NCBI GenBank assembly: GCA_030390025.1
Contig: CM059425.1
Coordinates: 170,750,001 to 170,814,000, forward strand
DNA: 64,000 bases
Reading direction: 5' to 3'
Origin: Squalus acanthias
Taxonomy: Eukaryota
The notes under the pieces are model-generated. The model did not search any database and was not told where the DNA came from. It was given only the letters and a program-made list of their open reading frames with translations. The position numbers and the translations under genes are program-made. This document shows, one piece after another, positions 37,301 to 50,377 of the stretch; position 1 is the first letter of the stretch; each line of letters opens with the position of its first letter.

Positions 37301-40300
37301 GGTATGTAGCACATTCACTCACTGAGTCACCAGATATGTAGCACATTCACTCACTTAGCCATCAGATATGTAGCACATTCACTCACTGAGTCACCAGGTA
37401 TGTAGCACATTCACTCACTGAGTCACCAGGTATGTAGCACATTCACTCACTGAGTCACCAGGTATGTAGCACATTCACTCACTGAGTCACCAGGTAGGTA
37501 GCACATTCACTCACTGAGCCACCAGGTATGTAGCACATTCACTCGCTGAGTCACCAGGTATGTAGCACATTCACTCGCTGAGTCACCAGATATGTAGCAC
37601 ATTCACTCACTGAGTCACCAGATATGTAGCACATTCACTCACTGAGTCACCAGGTAGGTAGCACATTCACTCACTGAGCCACCAGGTAGGTAGCACATTC
37701 ACTCACTGAGTCACCAGGTAGGTAGCACATTCATTCACTGAGCCACCTGGTAGGTAGCACATTCACTCACTGAGCCATCAGGTAGGTAGCACATTCACTC
37801 ACTGAGCCACCAGGTAGGTAGCACATTCACTCACTGAGCCACCAGGTATGTAGCACATTCACTCACTGAGTCACCAGGTATGTAGCACATTCACTTACTG
37901 AGTCACCAGGTAGGTAGCACATTCACTCACTGAGCCACCAGGTATGTAGCACATTCACTCGCTGAGTCACCAGGTATGTAGCACATTCACTCGCTGAGTC
38001 ACCAGATATGTAGCACATTCACTCACTGAGTCACCAGATATGTAGCACATTCACTCACTGAGTCACCAGGTAGGTAGCACATTCACTCACTGAGTCACCA
38101 GGTATGTAGCACATTCACTCGCTGAGTCACCAGATATGTAGCACATTCACTCACTGAGTCACCAGATATGTAGCACATTCACTCACTGAGTCACCAGGTA
38201 GGTAGCACATTCACTCACTGAGCCACCAGGTAGGTAGCACATTCACTCACTGAGTCACCAGGTAGGTAGCACATTCATTCACTGAGCCACCTGGTAGGTA
38301 GCACATTCACTCACTGAGCCATCAGGTAGGTAGCACATTCACTCACTGAGCCACCAGGTAGGTAGCACATTCACTCACTGAGTCACCAGGTATGTAGCAC
38401 ATTCACTCACTGAGTCACCAGATATGTAGCACATTCACTCACTGAGTCACCAGGTATGTAGCACATTCACTCACTGAGTCACCAGATATGTAGCACATTC
38501 ACTCGCTGAGTCACCAGGTATGTAGCACATTCACTCACTGAGTCACCAGGTATGTAGCACATTCACTCACTGAGTCACCAGATATGTAGCACATTCACTC
38601 ACTGAGTCACCAGATATGTAGCACATTCACTCACTGAGCCACCAGATATGTAGCACATTCACTCACTTAGCCATCAGATATGTAGCACATTCACTCACTT
38701 AGCCATCAGATATGTAGCACATTCACTCACTGAGTCACCAGATATGTAGCACATTCACTCACTGAGCCATCAGATATGTAGCACATTCACTCACTGAGCC
38801 ATCAGATATGTAGCACATTCACTCACTGAGTCACCAGGTAGGTAGCACATTCACTCACTGAGCCATCAGGTAGGTAGCACATTCACTCACTGAGCCACCA
38901 GGTATGTAGCACATTCACTCACTGAGTCACCAGGTATGTAGCACATTCACTCACTGAATCACCAGATATGTAGCACATTCACTCACTGAGTCACCAGATA
39001 TGTAGCACATTCACTCACTGAGCCATCAGATATGTAGCTCATTCACTCACTGAGCCATCAGATATGTAGCTCATTCACTCACTGAGCCACCAGATATGTA
39101 GCACATTCACTCACTGAGTCATCAGGTAGGTAGCACATTCACTCACTGACTCACCAGGTAGGTAGCACATTCACTCACTTAGCCATCAGATATGTAGCAC
39201 ATTCACTCACTTAGCCATCAGATATGTAGCACATTCACTCACTGAGCCATCAGGTAGGTAGCACATTCACTCACTGAGTCACCAGGTATGTAGCACATTC
39301 ACTCACTGAGTCACCAGGTATGTAGCACATTCACTCACTGAGTCACCAGGTAGGTAGCACATTCACTCACTGAACCACCAGGTATGTAGCACATTCACTC
39401 GCTGAGTCACCAGGTATGTAGCACATTCACTCGCTGAGTCACCAGATATGTAGCACATTCACTCACTGAGTCACCAGATATGTAGCACATTCACTCACTG
39501 AGTCACCAGGTAGGTAGCACATTCACTCACTGAGCCACCAGGTAGGTAGCACATTCACTCACTGAGTCACCAGGTAGGTAGCACATTCATTCACTGAGCC
39601 ACCTGGTAGGTAGCACATTCACTCACTGAGCCATCAGGTAGGTAGCACATTCACTCACTGAGCCACCAGGTAGGTAGCACATTCACTCACTGAGCCACCA
39701 GGTATGTAGCACATTCACTCACTGAGTCACCAGATATGTAGCACATTCACTCACTGAGTCACCAGGTATGTAGCACATTCACTCACTGAGTCACCAGATA
39801 TGTAGCACATTCACTCGCTGAGTCACCAGGTATGTAGCACATTCACTCACTGAGTCACCAGGTATGTAGCACATTCACTCGCTGAGTCACCAGATATGTA
39901 GCACATTCACTCACTGAGTCACCAGATATGTAGCACATTCACTCACTGAGTCACCAGATATGTAGCACATTCACTCACTGAGCCACCAGATATGTAGCAC
40001 ATTCACTCACTTAGCCATCAGATATGTAGCACATTCACTCACTTAGCCATCAGATATGTAGCACATTCACTCACTGAGTCACCAGATATGTAGCACATTC
40101 ACTCACTGAGCCATCAGATATGTAGCACATTCACTCACTGAGCCATCAGATATGTAGCACATTCACTCACTGAGTCACCAGGTAGGTAGCACATTCACTC
40201 ACTGAGCCATCAGGTAGGTAGCACATTCACTCACTGAGCCACCAGGTATGTAGCACATTCACTCACTGAGTCACCAGGTATGTAGCACATTCACTCACTG

Positions 40301-41140
40301 AATCACCAGATATGTAGCACATTCACTCACTGAGTCACCAGGTATGTAGCACATTCACTCACTGAGTCACCAGGTATGTAGCACATTCACTCACTGAGCC
40401 ACCAGGTAGGTAGCACATTCACTCACTGAGCCACCAGGTATGTAGCACATTCACTCACTGAGCCATCAGATATGTAGCACATTCACTCACTGAGCCATCA
40501 GGTAGGTAGCACATTCACTCACTGAGTCATCAGGTAGGTAGCACATTCACTCACTGACTCACCAGGTAGGTAGCACATTCACTCACTGAGCCACCAGGTA
40601 TGTAGCACATTCACTCACTGAGTCACCAGGTATGTAGCACATTCACTCGCTGAGTCACCAGGTATGTAGCACATTCACTCACTGAGTCACCAGCTTTGTA
40701 GCACATTCACTCACTGAGTCACCAGGTATGTAGCACATTCACTCATGAGTCACCAGGTAGGTAGTACATTCACTCACTGAGCCATCAGGTATGTAGCACA
40801 TTCACTCGCTGAGTCACCAGATATGTAACACATTCACTCACTGAGTCACCAGATATGTAGCACATTCACTCGCTGAGTTACCAGATATGTAGCACATTCA
40901 CTCACTGAGTCTCCAGATATGTTGCACATTCACTCACTGAGTCACCAGATATGTAGCACATTCACTCGCTGAGTCACCAGATATGTAGCACATTCACTCA
41001 CTGAGTCACCAGATATGTTGCACATTCACTCACTGAGTCAACAGATATGTAGCACATTCACTCACTGAGCCACCAGGTAGGTAGCACATTCACTCACTGA
41101 GCCACCAGGTAGGTAGCACATTCACTCACTGAGCCATCAG
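34321..41140. repeat. Tandem satellite, 32-bp unit GGTATGTAGCACATTCACTCACTGAGTCACCA, ~213 copies, with higher-order structure
   Basis: Period 32 (gtagcacatt at 34331 and 34363); a few recurring variant positions; no spacers; no ORF. Confidence 0.98.
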
Positions 41141-42466
41141 GGCAGGCTTGTGACAACAAAAGTCACTGATGTACAATGAAAAGGATAACATGAATAGTAT
41201 TTCTCTGATCCAATCTCTACCCCAGTTGGAGTATGCTTAAACACTGCAGCGCGAGTGACTAGGAAAAAAATCCTATTTTTGTAGTGTAACTAAAAATAAT
41301 GTTGTGCCAGATGCCATGGTGCTGGCACTGGTTTTTAGTGATGCAATGCAAATAGCTTACATCTCAGCCAAATACTTAGGTTGTAACATGATGATGTAAT
41401 TGTGCCACTGAGAGCATCTGTCCAATAAATACATCTTTTTTAAGGTACTTTGAAGTAAGTTGCAATGATCTATCTGCGGCAGCATGCAGCATTTCCAGGG
41501 ATCACCGTGGGAGACTTTTTTAAGTGCTGGCTACTTCAAGAATTGAGTCTGCCCAATAAAACTCCCCATGAAAATGCCAATGGCCTTTAATGTTTATTTA
41601 TGTTTCCAGTAGTATGTGGGTGTTTGGAGGTGTGGTGAAGATAGTGTCAGGTTTTCTACGTTATTGCTTTCATTGCTTCGGTATATATTTACTTTATTAT
41701 GTGTAGATACAGGACCCCTGGACTAGTGTATTGTCATGCCTTCACTGTTTCCACATAAAAAATCAGATATTCAACAGAGACCAGAGATCAAACAATCATG
41801 TTGTCTCCACTGACTAGGCAACTTAAATAAGTTTAAGATGTGTTTGTTGTTATTTGCAGGGCTTGATATTTCCACATTTCCACAGAAACTGCCTCCAAAC
41901 AAGACATCACATGTGGTATTCACCTCTCATTAAAGCGTCTTTTTCTCTTGTTTTCCTTTGTGAAGCCATGATTCCCAGAATGGCACTTTGCCTGTACATC
42001 AACCGCTTAGGCAGGATTCTTCTTGATTGGCAAAAGATGTGTAAAAATATTTTTCATTTAATAAGCTGCTGTTCAAAGAGCACTATGTTTAATTATGTAT
42101 TACAGCTGCTCTTACCTGTAATTACTTTAATGGTGGTCTTACCAATACCTTCAAAGTGTTCTAGCGATAAAAGGTTTTCAGGTATTGAGCTTTCACAGAA
42201 AGTCTATTTTGCAATTAATCTTATCTACATACATAAATCAGGTCTAATTATGCTAATTTGCTAATGTTATCCCTAATAGTATAATAAATATACTATCCAA
42301 GTTTCAAAAATGTGACTATTTCAGCTCAGGAGAAAGTCTGTTGCTTGATAAGGTTAATTACATATGCAAATTATACACAATTATAATAATTTGGGAAGTA
42401 GAGAATACTCAATGGGTAACTGCTCAAGACCAATGTGCCTCATTCGTGTAAAACAGTGCACAAGTC

Positions 42467-42760
42467 ATATAGAATCATAGAATCATGGAATGGTTACAGC
42501 ACGGAAGAAGGCCATTTGGCCCGTCGAGCCTGTGCCAGCTCTCTGTAAGAGCAGCTCAGCTAGTCCCACTCCCCCGCCCTTTCCCCGTAGCCCTGCAATT
42601 TTTTTTCTTTCAGCTACTTATCCAACTCCCTTTTGGAAGCCATAATTGAGTCTGCCTCCACCACCCTTTCAGGCAGTGAATTCCAGATCCTAACCACTTG
42701 CTGCGTAAAATAGTTTTTTCTTATGTCGCCTTTGGTTCTACTGCCAAACACCTTAAATGT
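42467..42760 (-). mobile_element. CR1 3' end fragment
   Basis: catatagaatcatagaatcatgg tail, then the antisense CR1 3' region. Confidence 0.8.
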
Positions 42761-43259
42761 GACAAGTAAGTGATAAGATCTTCCTCACATTATAAATGGT
42801 ATTCCACAGTTATCCATCAGCAACAAATAGGCAGGTCTTTGGCACAGCTATTCTCCAATTCCAATAGTGAGGAATAAATTAAAATATGTAAGGCCTTTTA
42901 TGCCTAAAATGTAGAATATTGTTGGCAGAATGGAGGAACACCAGCCCAGTGCAGCAATATGGGTAGATGAATCTTTCTAATGAAAAACGCTTAAAGCTTT
43001 GATGCAGCTGAGGACAAGACTGCAGCCATTTACAGGAAGAGGGTGGTATTTTAAGAGCGGGATTTTCCTCTCATTTTACACCAGTTTTCTATTATAACTC
43101 ACAAGGGCGGGGACCCATCCAACCTGGTCTCCACCAATTTTTGTCCCCACAGTGATCTTCTGGAGTCACGTCCACCAGGTGTTAGCATAACCAAATAAGG
43201 CAGTAATGATTACATTATAAGTCACATTTTCTGCTGTAGCAACAGTGGATTTTTAAAAA

Positions 43260-43598
43260 TTAGTTTATGGGATGTGGGCGTCGCTGGCAAAGCCAGCATT
43301 TATTGCCCATCCCTAATTGCCCTTGAGAAGGTGGTGGTGAGCCGCCTTCTTGAACCGCTGCAGTCCGTGTGATGAAGGTACTCCCACAGTGCTGTTAGGT
43401 AGGGAGTTCCAGGATTTTGACCCAGCGACAATGAAGGATCAGCGATATACCTCTAAGTCAGGATGGTGTGTGACTTGGAGGGGAACCTGGAGGTGGTGGT
43501 GTTCCCATGCACCTGCTGCCCTTGTCCTTCTAGGTGGAAGAAGTCGAGGGTTTGGGAGGTGCTGCCGAAGAAGCCTTGGCGAGTTGCTGCAGTGCATG
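43260..43598 (-). mobile_element. L2/CR1-group LINE 3' fragment
   Basis: MHCSNSPRLLRQHLPNPR and the shared 3' UTR; same family as 28803-29860. Confidence 0.8.
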
Positions 43599-44359
43599 TA
43601 AGGAATGATTGTATGCAATTTAAAGGACAGCCACAGGAAATGCAATTAATTGTGGGGTGATCGATTCACACTCAGGTTCCTGCACTTTGCCTAGGATCTA
43701 TTTAGAGCCCAGCACATTTCCCTGGAGGAGGACTGCCCCTTTAAGAAAATGCAGGTGGCAGAGTTCTTCACCAGCAGGTTTTTTCTGCATCTGAGATGAC
43801 CAATGTATCCAGAAACCCTGCACTTGGGCTCACCAAAAAGCCAAAGTGATGTTGAGGGTGAATTTCAGTTGCCCTAGTTCTGGTACTGGAAAATCAGAAG
43901 AGGATGAGAAATAATACAATCAGATGACCAGCAGAAAATGGTGCACCAGGCACAGACTGAGTTCTGCCATGCAAAGTTCAAGCTGCAGTGAGCTGAAACA
44001 AAGGCCTCATTACTTGCAGACAATAATTTAAGATAACGCCTTATAAATGTTATGTATCTCCTTTTACAGTAATCTTTGTTATAGCCTACTAAGTTATTAC
44101 TGTATAGACCAAATGGTAATCGCTTTCCTAACCCTTCCATAAGCAAAACAACCATGATCTCAGCATGAGATCCGGACATGACATTTTACTGGCTGGATCC
44201 CGGGAGAGGTGCGGATTAATGATCTTCATCCACACCCCTCACTGATTTGATTGCGATCTGCTGCTTTTCCTTCTGTGGGCCCGTTGGAGGCCAATTTAAA
44301 AAAAGATAAAGATCCACAATCTAGTTCCCGAGGAGCACACGTTGGGTCTTAAATGTTAA

Positions 44360-44960
44360 ACAACCTCAAGGACATTCAGCCTCCGATCTTTGGGTAAGCG
44401 TTCTCCAAGGCGGCCTTCGAGACACACGACAACGCAAAATCGTCGAGCAGAAACTGATAGCCAAGTTCCGCACCCATGAGGACGGCCTCAACCGGGATCT
44501 TGGGTTCATGTCACGCTACATTTAACCCCACCTGACGTAGAGTCATCCAGACTCGAGTCGTCGTTGGCTTGTTCTCTCTACACAGATGCGGCCGGACCTG
44601 CTGTGATTTCCAGCAAAAAAAGTTTTTTGTTTTCCATACAGACCCCAGCATCTGCCACATTGTCTTTGATGTAATGTTTTCCTGACTGACCTGTTTGGAC
44701 ACCATCCACACCTTTGATTGCCGTGATTATCGCTCTGCCGAGGTGTGATAAAGGGCAGTTTGAAAGATTAACTGTAATCATCTGGCAGTGTTCTCTGACT
44801 ATATATGCTGTGCCTATATGCATCTCTTCACTTCACCTGACGAAGGAGCAGCGCTCCGAAAGCTTGTGATTTCAAATAAAGCTGTTGGACTATAACCTGC
44901 TGTTATGCAACTTCTCACATTTGTCCACCCCAGTCCAACACCGGCATCTCCACATCTTAA
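44360..44960 (+). mobile_element. Penelope-like 3' fragment(s): GIY-YIG C-terminus plus terminal region with hammerhead motifs
   Basis: QGHSASDLWVSVLQGGLRDTRQRKIVEQKLIAKFRTHEDGLNRDLGFMSRYI*; CTGACG..stem..GA motifs at ~44533 and 44837. Confidence 0.8.
44833..44869 (+). ncRNA. Candidate minimal type I hammerhead ribozyme (Penelope-associated)
   Basis: tcac-CTGACGA-a-GGAGC-agc-GCTCC-GAAA-gc-TT-gtga: core boxes, 5-bp stem II, 4-bp stem I (tcac/gtga), palindromic AAGCTT in place of stem III. Confidence 0.6.
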
Positions 44961-45634
44961 AAACAAAGAATTGCTACTTTTGGGACATTTTAACATTAAT
45001 CAGTTTTCTTTCCTTAAAATAACTATTGTACAATTATTAGAGGTTTTAATTTGGGTGGAACTAGGTAATGAAAGACTCTATTCAAAGAAATAATCCATTC
45101 ATTTACTGTTCCATTTTCTATTGGTATTTCATTCCATGCTATGAAATCCAATCAAATGATTTGCAACATACCGGAGATTTAAGAACATATACAGTGCACT
45201 TCTGTGAACTTTGCTTTCTCTGTGGTAATGCATTTGCTTGCCCCACAGCTGGGCTATTTAATGATGTGGTCTGAATCTGAGTCTGTCTTAATATCGGTTG
45301 GGATGTTACATTTTCACTGAATATGGAAACTTTCTGATTATAAATCTCCACTTTAAGTAAGATGATGTTGCATTGTACATTGCAAATAAGAGCTTCATTT
45401 TTCACCGTACACGTTATTTATCGAATACATTTCACAATTTCAAAGGTTTCCAGGCGCTTTGATTTTTATTCGGGTCTCCAGAAAAAATGGCCATTCGTGT
45501 AGAAGGTCCAGCGAAATTGCCAACTGTTAATTTTGTTGTCACTGGTTTGCTACTTAAAATATGGAAGATTCCTGTCTTCTTCTGGGCTGTACATTGAAAA
45601 CAAATGCATGAAAATTCATTGCAGACGAGTTATA

Positions 45635-46283
45635 GGGTTGGATTTTCATTGACCCGTGGAGTCGGGTTTGGAGGTGTGTGGGGGGTTAAAATTGCGAAAA
45701 TTGGCGGGCAGGCACAAGCCCGCCTCCACGCAATTTTCATTAAATCGTGTCTGCTGGTCCCGACTCCGTCCCGCCTCTAAGAGGCGGGATAGGCTGTTAA
45801 GGCCCTTAACAAGCACTAAATTGCCTCTATAATGCCATTTTGAAAGGCCTTTGTGATTTTAACCCTTTTTCTACGTGAAGCACGCCTGTTCTGAACCACG
45901 AATGTGAAACCTGGTGGGAGCACGGCTGGCTGGCTATGGGGATGCATATATATATGGATGGAGAGGAGACATATCTAGGAGTGGTGGTGTAAAAATATCT
46001 GGGAGCAGACTTAGGGCTGCTGCTGCTCATTTTGCATCCAGGTCCTCTCACAGCAAAGGCCAGGCAGTCTCTGAAGACCTTCAATGCAGCAGCAATGATG
46101 ACATCATCAGAGGTGACTTTCAGACTGAAAACACTAATTGGGTCATGGATTCCCACATGCTGGAACTCAATTGCCCAATTAGGTGAAAATTGCATCAATC
46201 TCCCACATCCAATTGCAGTCGGGTGGATAACACAAAAAGTGGATGACACGACCCCAACCCGCCCCAGTATCAAAATCCAGCCT
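45635..46283. mobile_element. Old Harbinger-type MITE
   Basis: Ends GGGTTGGATTTT and AAAATCCAGCCT; flanks ata / atc. Confidence 0.55.
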
Positions 46284-47596
46284 ATCTGTCCAAGTCACTC
46301 CAATATTTCAGTTATCAGTGGATATCACAATATGCATCTACAAGCAACTTGATGAGAAGTATAGGAATGCTAATTGATAGCATTAAGCTAAACATATACA
46401 ACTGGCTTCACCAGTTAAACAAATTTGGCTACTGGAAACAGCAAAATTATAGCAACCTCGAGACCGAAAGTATAATGATTCTTCATCCTGGTGAATTTGG
46501 CATTGGGAGTAAAATTGGTCTTGGGCGGTAGCAAAAATAGGTGATAGCGAATCGGGAGCCTGTTTTACACAACGTCTGATTATCTTAAAAGAAAATCCAC
46601 TAATTTCTTTCTATTGGATAGTTTCCAAAAAGATCTGATGCTGGAGTATTCAATCTTAATTTGGTCTTTCATATCGGTATGTGAAAGTTAATTAGAGCAT
46701 TACAGGTATTAGCAAACAGGTTTTTAAAGAAACAAGTTGTAAGTTGTCATAGAGTATGAGGATTAGGCAAAAAAGAACAGAGATTTCCAGTCACAGATTT
46801 CTTTCATTTGCTTGGTGACAGTTTCATAGAATCATAGCATCATAGAATAGCATCATAGAATGGTTACAGCACAGAAGGAGGCCATTCGGCCCATCAAACT
46901 CATGCCGGCTCTCTGCAAGTGCACTTCAGCTAGTCCCACTCCCCCGCGATTTCTCCGTCGCCCTCTAATTTATCCCACGCAGGTACTTATCCAACTCCCT
47001 TTTGAAAGACATGATTGTATCTGCCTCCATCACCCTTTCAAGCAGTGAATTCCAGATCCAAACCAGTCGCTGGGTAAAAAAGTTTTTCCTCACGTCGCCT
47101 TTGGTTCTTCTGCCAATCACCTTAAATCTGTGTCCTCTGGTTCTCGACCCTTCCGCCAATGGGAACAGTTTCTCTCTATCTACTCTGTCCAGACCTCTCA
47201 TGATTTTGAACACCTCTATCAAATCTCCTCTCAATCTTCTCTGCTCTAAGGAGAACAACCCCAGCTTCTCCAGTCTATCCACGTAACTGAAGACCCTCAT
47301 CCCTGGAATCATTCTCATAAATCTTTTCTGCACCTTCTCTAAGGCCTTCACATCCTTGTGGTGCCCAGAATTGGACACAATACCCCAGTTGAGGCCGAAC
47401 CAGTGTTTTATACAGGTTCATCATAACTTCCACGCTTTTGTACTCTATACCTCTATTCATGAAGCCCAGGATCCCGTAAGTCTTTTTAACTGCTTTCTCA
47501 ATCTGCCCTGCCACCTTCAACGATTTGTACACATATACCCCTAGGTCTCTCTGTTCATGCATCCCCTTTATGATTGTACCCTTTAGTTTATATTTA

Positions 47597-47840
47597 CATC
47601 CAAGTTCCCCTCCAAGTCACACACCATCCTGACTTCGAAGTATATCGCTGATCCTTCATCGTTGCTGGGTCAAAATGGTGGAGCTCCCTCCCTAACAGCA
47701 CTGTGGGAGTACCTTCACCACACGGACTGCAGCGGTTCAAGTAGGCGGCTCACCACCACCTTCTCAAGGGCAATTAGGGATGGGCAATAAATGCTGGCCT
47801 TGCCAGCGACGCCTACATCCCATAAACGAATAAAAAAAAT
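47597..47840 (+). mobile_element. L2/CR1-group LINE 3' tail nested in the CR1
   Basis: caagttcccctccaagtcacac..gggcaataaatgctggcc..taaaaaaaa. Confidence 0.8.
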
Positions 47841-48483
47841 ATATCCTCTCTTCATTCTTTCTACCAAAATGTATCACTTCACATTTTTTTGCATTAAATT
47901 TCATCTGTCACGTGTCCGCCCATTGCACCAGCCTGTCTATGTCCTCTTGAAGTCTATCACTATCCTCCTCACTGTTCACTATACTTCCAAGTTTTGTGTC
48001 ATCTGCAAATTTTGAAATTCTGCCCTGTACACCCAAGTCCAAGTCATTAATATATATCAAGAAAAGCAGTGGTCCTAGAACCGACCCCTGGGGAACACCA
48101 CTGTATACCTTCCTCCAGTCCGAAAAACAACCGTTCACCACTACTCTCTGTTTCCTGTCGCTTAGCCAATTTCGTATCCATGCTGCCACTGTCCCTTTTA
48201 TTCCATGGGTTTCAACTTTGCTGGAAAGTCTAATATATGGCACTTTGTCGAACGCCTTTTGGAAATCCATGTACACCACGTCAACCGCGTTGCCCTCATC
48301 AACCCTTTCTGTTACCTCATCAAAAAACTCGATCAAGTTGGTTAAACACAATTTGCCATTAACAAATTCATGCTGGCTTTCCTTAATTAATCCACACTTG
48401 TCCAAGTGACTGTTAATTTTGTCCCAGATTATTGTTTCTAAAAGCTTCCCCACTACCGAGGTTAAACTGACTGACCTGTAGTT

Positions 48484-48946
48484 CCTGGGATGGCAGGCCT
48501 GTCGTATGAGGAGAGATTGGGTCGGCTAGGCCTGTATTGGAAGAATGAGAGGGGATCTCATTGAAACGTATAAAATTCTGACAGGGCTAAATTCTGACTG
48601 GACGCAGGGAGGATGTTTCCCCTGGCTGGGGGGTCTAGAACGTGGGATCACAATCTCAGGATATGGGGTAGGACATTTAGGACTGAGATGAGGAGAAATT
48701 TCTTCACTCAGAGGGTGGTGAACCTATGGAATTCTCTACCACAGAAGGCTGTGGAGGCCAAGTCACTGAATATATTTAAGAAGGAGATAGATAGATTTCT
48801 AGACACAAAAGGCATCAAGGGGTATGGGGAGAGAGCGGGAATATGGTATTGAGATAGAGGATCAGCCATGATCATATTGAATGGCGGAGCAGGCTCGAAG
48901 GGCCGAATGGCCTACTCCTGCTCCTATTTTTCTATGTTTCTATGTT
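48484..48946 (+). mobile_element. Short CR1 3' fragment nested antisense in the CR1, with a small target deletion
   Basis: FRTEMRRNFFTQRVVNLWNSLP; tail tctatgtttctatg; host frame lacks the residues between FKK and NYR. Confidence 0.8.
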
Positions 48947-50377
48947 TTTTGAACAAAGGTGTAACATTTGCAATTCTCCAGTCCTCTGGCACCACCCCAG
49001 ATTCTAAGGAGGATTGGAAGAGTATGGCCAGTACCTTAGCGATTTCTTCCTGCACTTCCCTCAGCATCCTAGGATGCATCCCATCTGGTCCTGGTGACTT
49101 ATCTACTTTAAGTACAGCCAGCCTTTCTAGTACCTGCTCTTTATCAATTTTTATCCCATTCAGTATCTCCTCTTTAACATTCAAAGATGTGAAATAGTCT
49201 GCCCATTTTGAGGAGCATCTGTATCTAGAATTGAGGTGTTTATCGGGTCAGAACAGAATGAAGCGTAGGAGTGGCAATTGAATCTGAAGAGGTACATATA
49301 AGTTACAAAAGTGGGCATGAAAGTTAACAACACTGATAGAGCTTGTAATGCATCCTGTAAGGAGAAAAAGAGGAAACAGTGGAAAGCAAAAGCATTGCTC
49401 AATACATTGTTTAGTGAAATCCCATGGAGTTGCTCCCGCTCCTTCAGTGCTATTTCGCCTCTCCTGATTTCAAACATGCCAACCTACATGCTTTGAGGAA
49501 ATCCCCAAGGCATTGAACTAAACTAACTTATTGCTTCTCAACGTGATGGAACCCCTTATTTCTCTATCTTTCCTTCTTTCTACATTCCATGTACTTTTAA
49601 AATTCAGGTTTGGCATAACCTACTTACTGCTTTGCCTTCTCTCCTACCCTTTACAGCCTTGCTGATCTCCTGCATTATGGGCCTTGGACCTTAACCTAGA
49701 TTATATATATATATATAAAATTGGATATGTTGCCTGATCATAGGTGTATTTGGTATGCTTTATTTGATATGTTTAGCAATACTTTTTGCTCAGCAAGAAT
49801 GTGACTTTTTACGACTGCATCCTTGGTTTTAACTCTTTATGCTATCCTATCGTATTAACTCTGAGACATTGGGGGCAATTTTGACTTTGTTCGATAGTGT
49901 AAAATGGATCAATGGAAATAAAATTCAAAAGACATGTAAAACGCACTGCCGATTCACTATCACAGTTTAACACGATCGCATAAAGTCAAAATTACCCTTC
50001 AAAATTGTGTGAATTCAGCCAGGAAACTTCCTTACAGCTGCTCCCAATTTGCACCATAACTTTGCCAGAGTGTAGCAGAAACATTGTTTATGGGCTTAAT
50101 TGGGGTTTTTGCCACACTTCCACCAAAGTTACGGCCGCGGAGCGGAAGCACATCTGAGGAAATTCCCGGCTTTTTGTGCTTCCCGTAATGATCAGTTAAT
50201 TTGTTTCTCTGTCATCTTTTCCATCTTACTGGATATCTATTCTTTCTTGTGGCTGTTATTCTACTCTTTCCAGCTCTTGTTCTTGTGATAAGCAGTGAAT
50301 CCACAGTGGTCTAAATTGGCCTGACGCAGTTTTGCATGGATCCCTGAAAATTAGAGCTCCTCTTTTCAGAGGATAGG

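Larger units (their letters stand above)
46826..49184 (-). mobile_element. 5'-truncated CR1 with two nested insertions
   Basis: KSPGPDGMHP, DFQKAFDKV, GVPQGSVLGP, KFADD and C-terminal fragments; tail catagaatcatagc. Confidence 0.88.

Noticed and set aside
34321..41140. CRISPR array (32-bp repeat length)
   Set aside because: Units are head-to-tail with no unique spacers, there are no cas genes, and the context is vertebrate.
41854..42264. 136-aa hydrophobic ORF
   Set aside because: Non-ATG start and no recognisable domain; the opposite strand has a faint RTE-like LPKRLMY motif, too weak to call.
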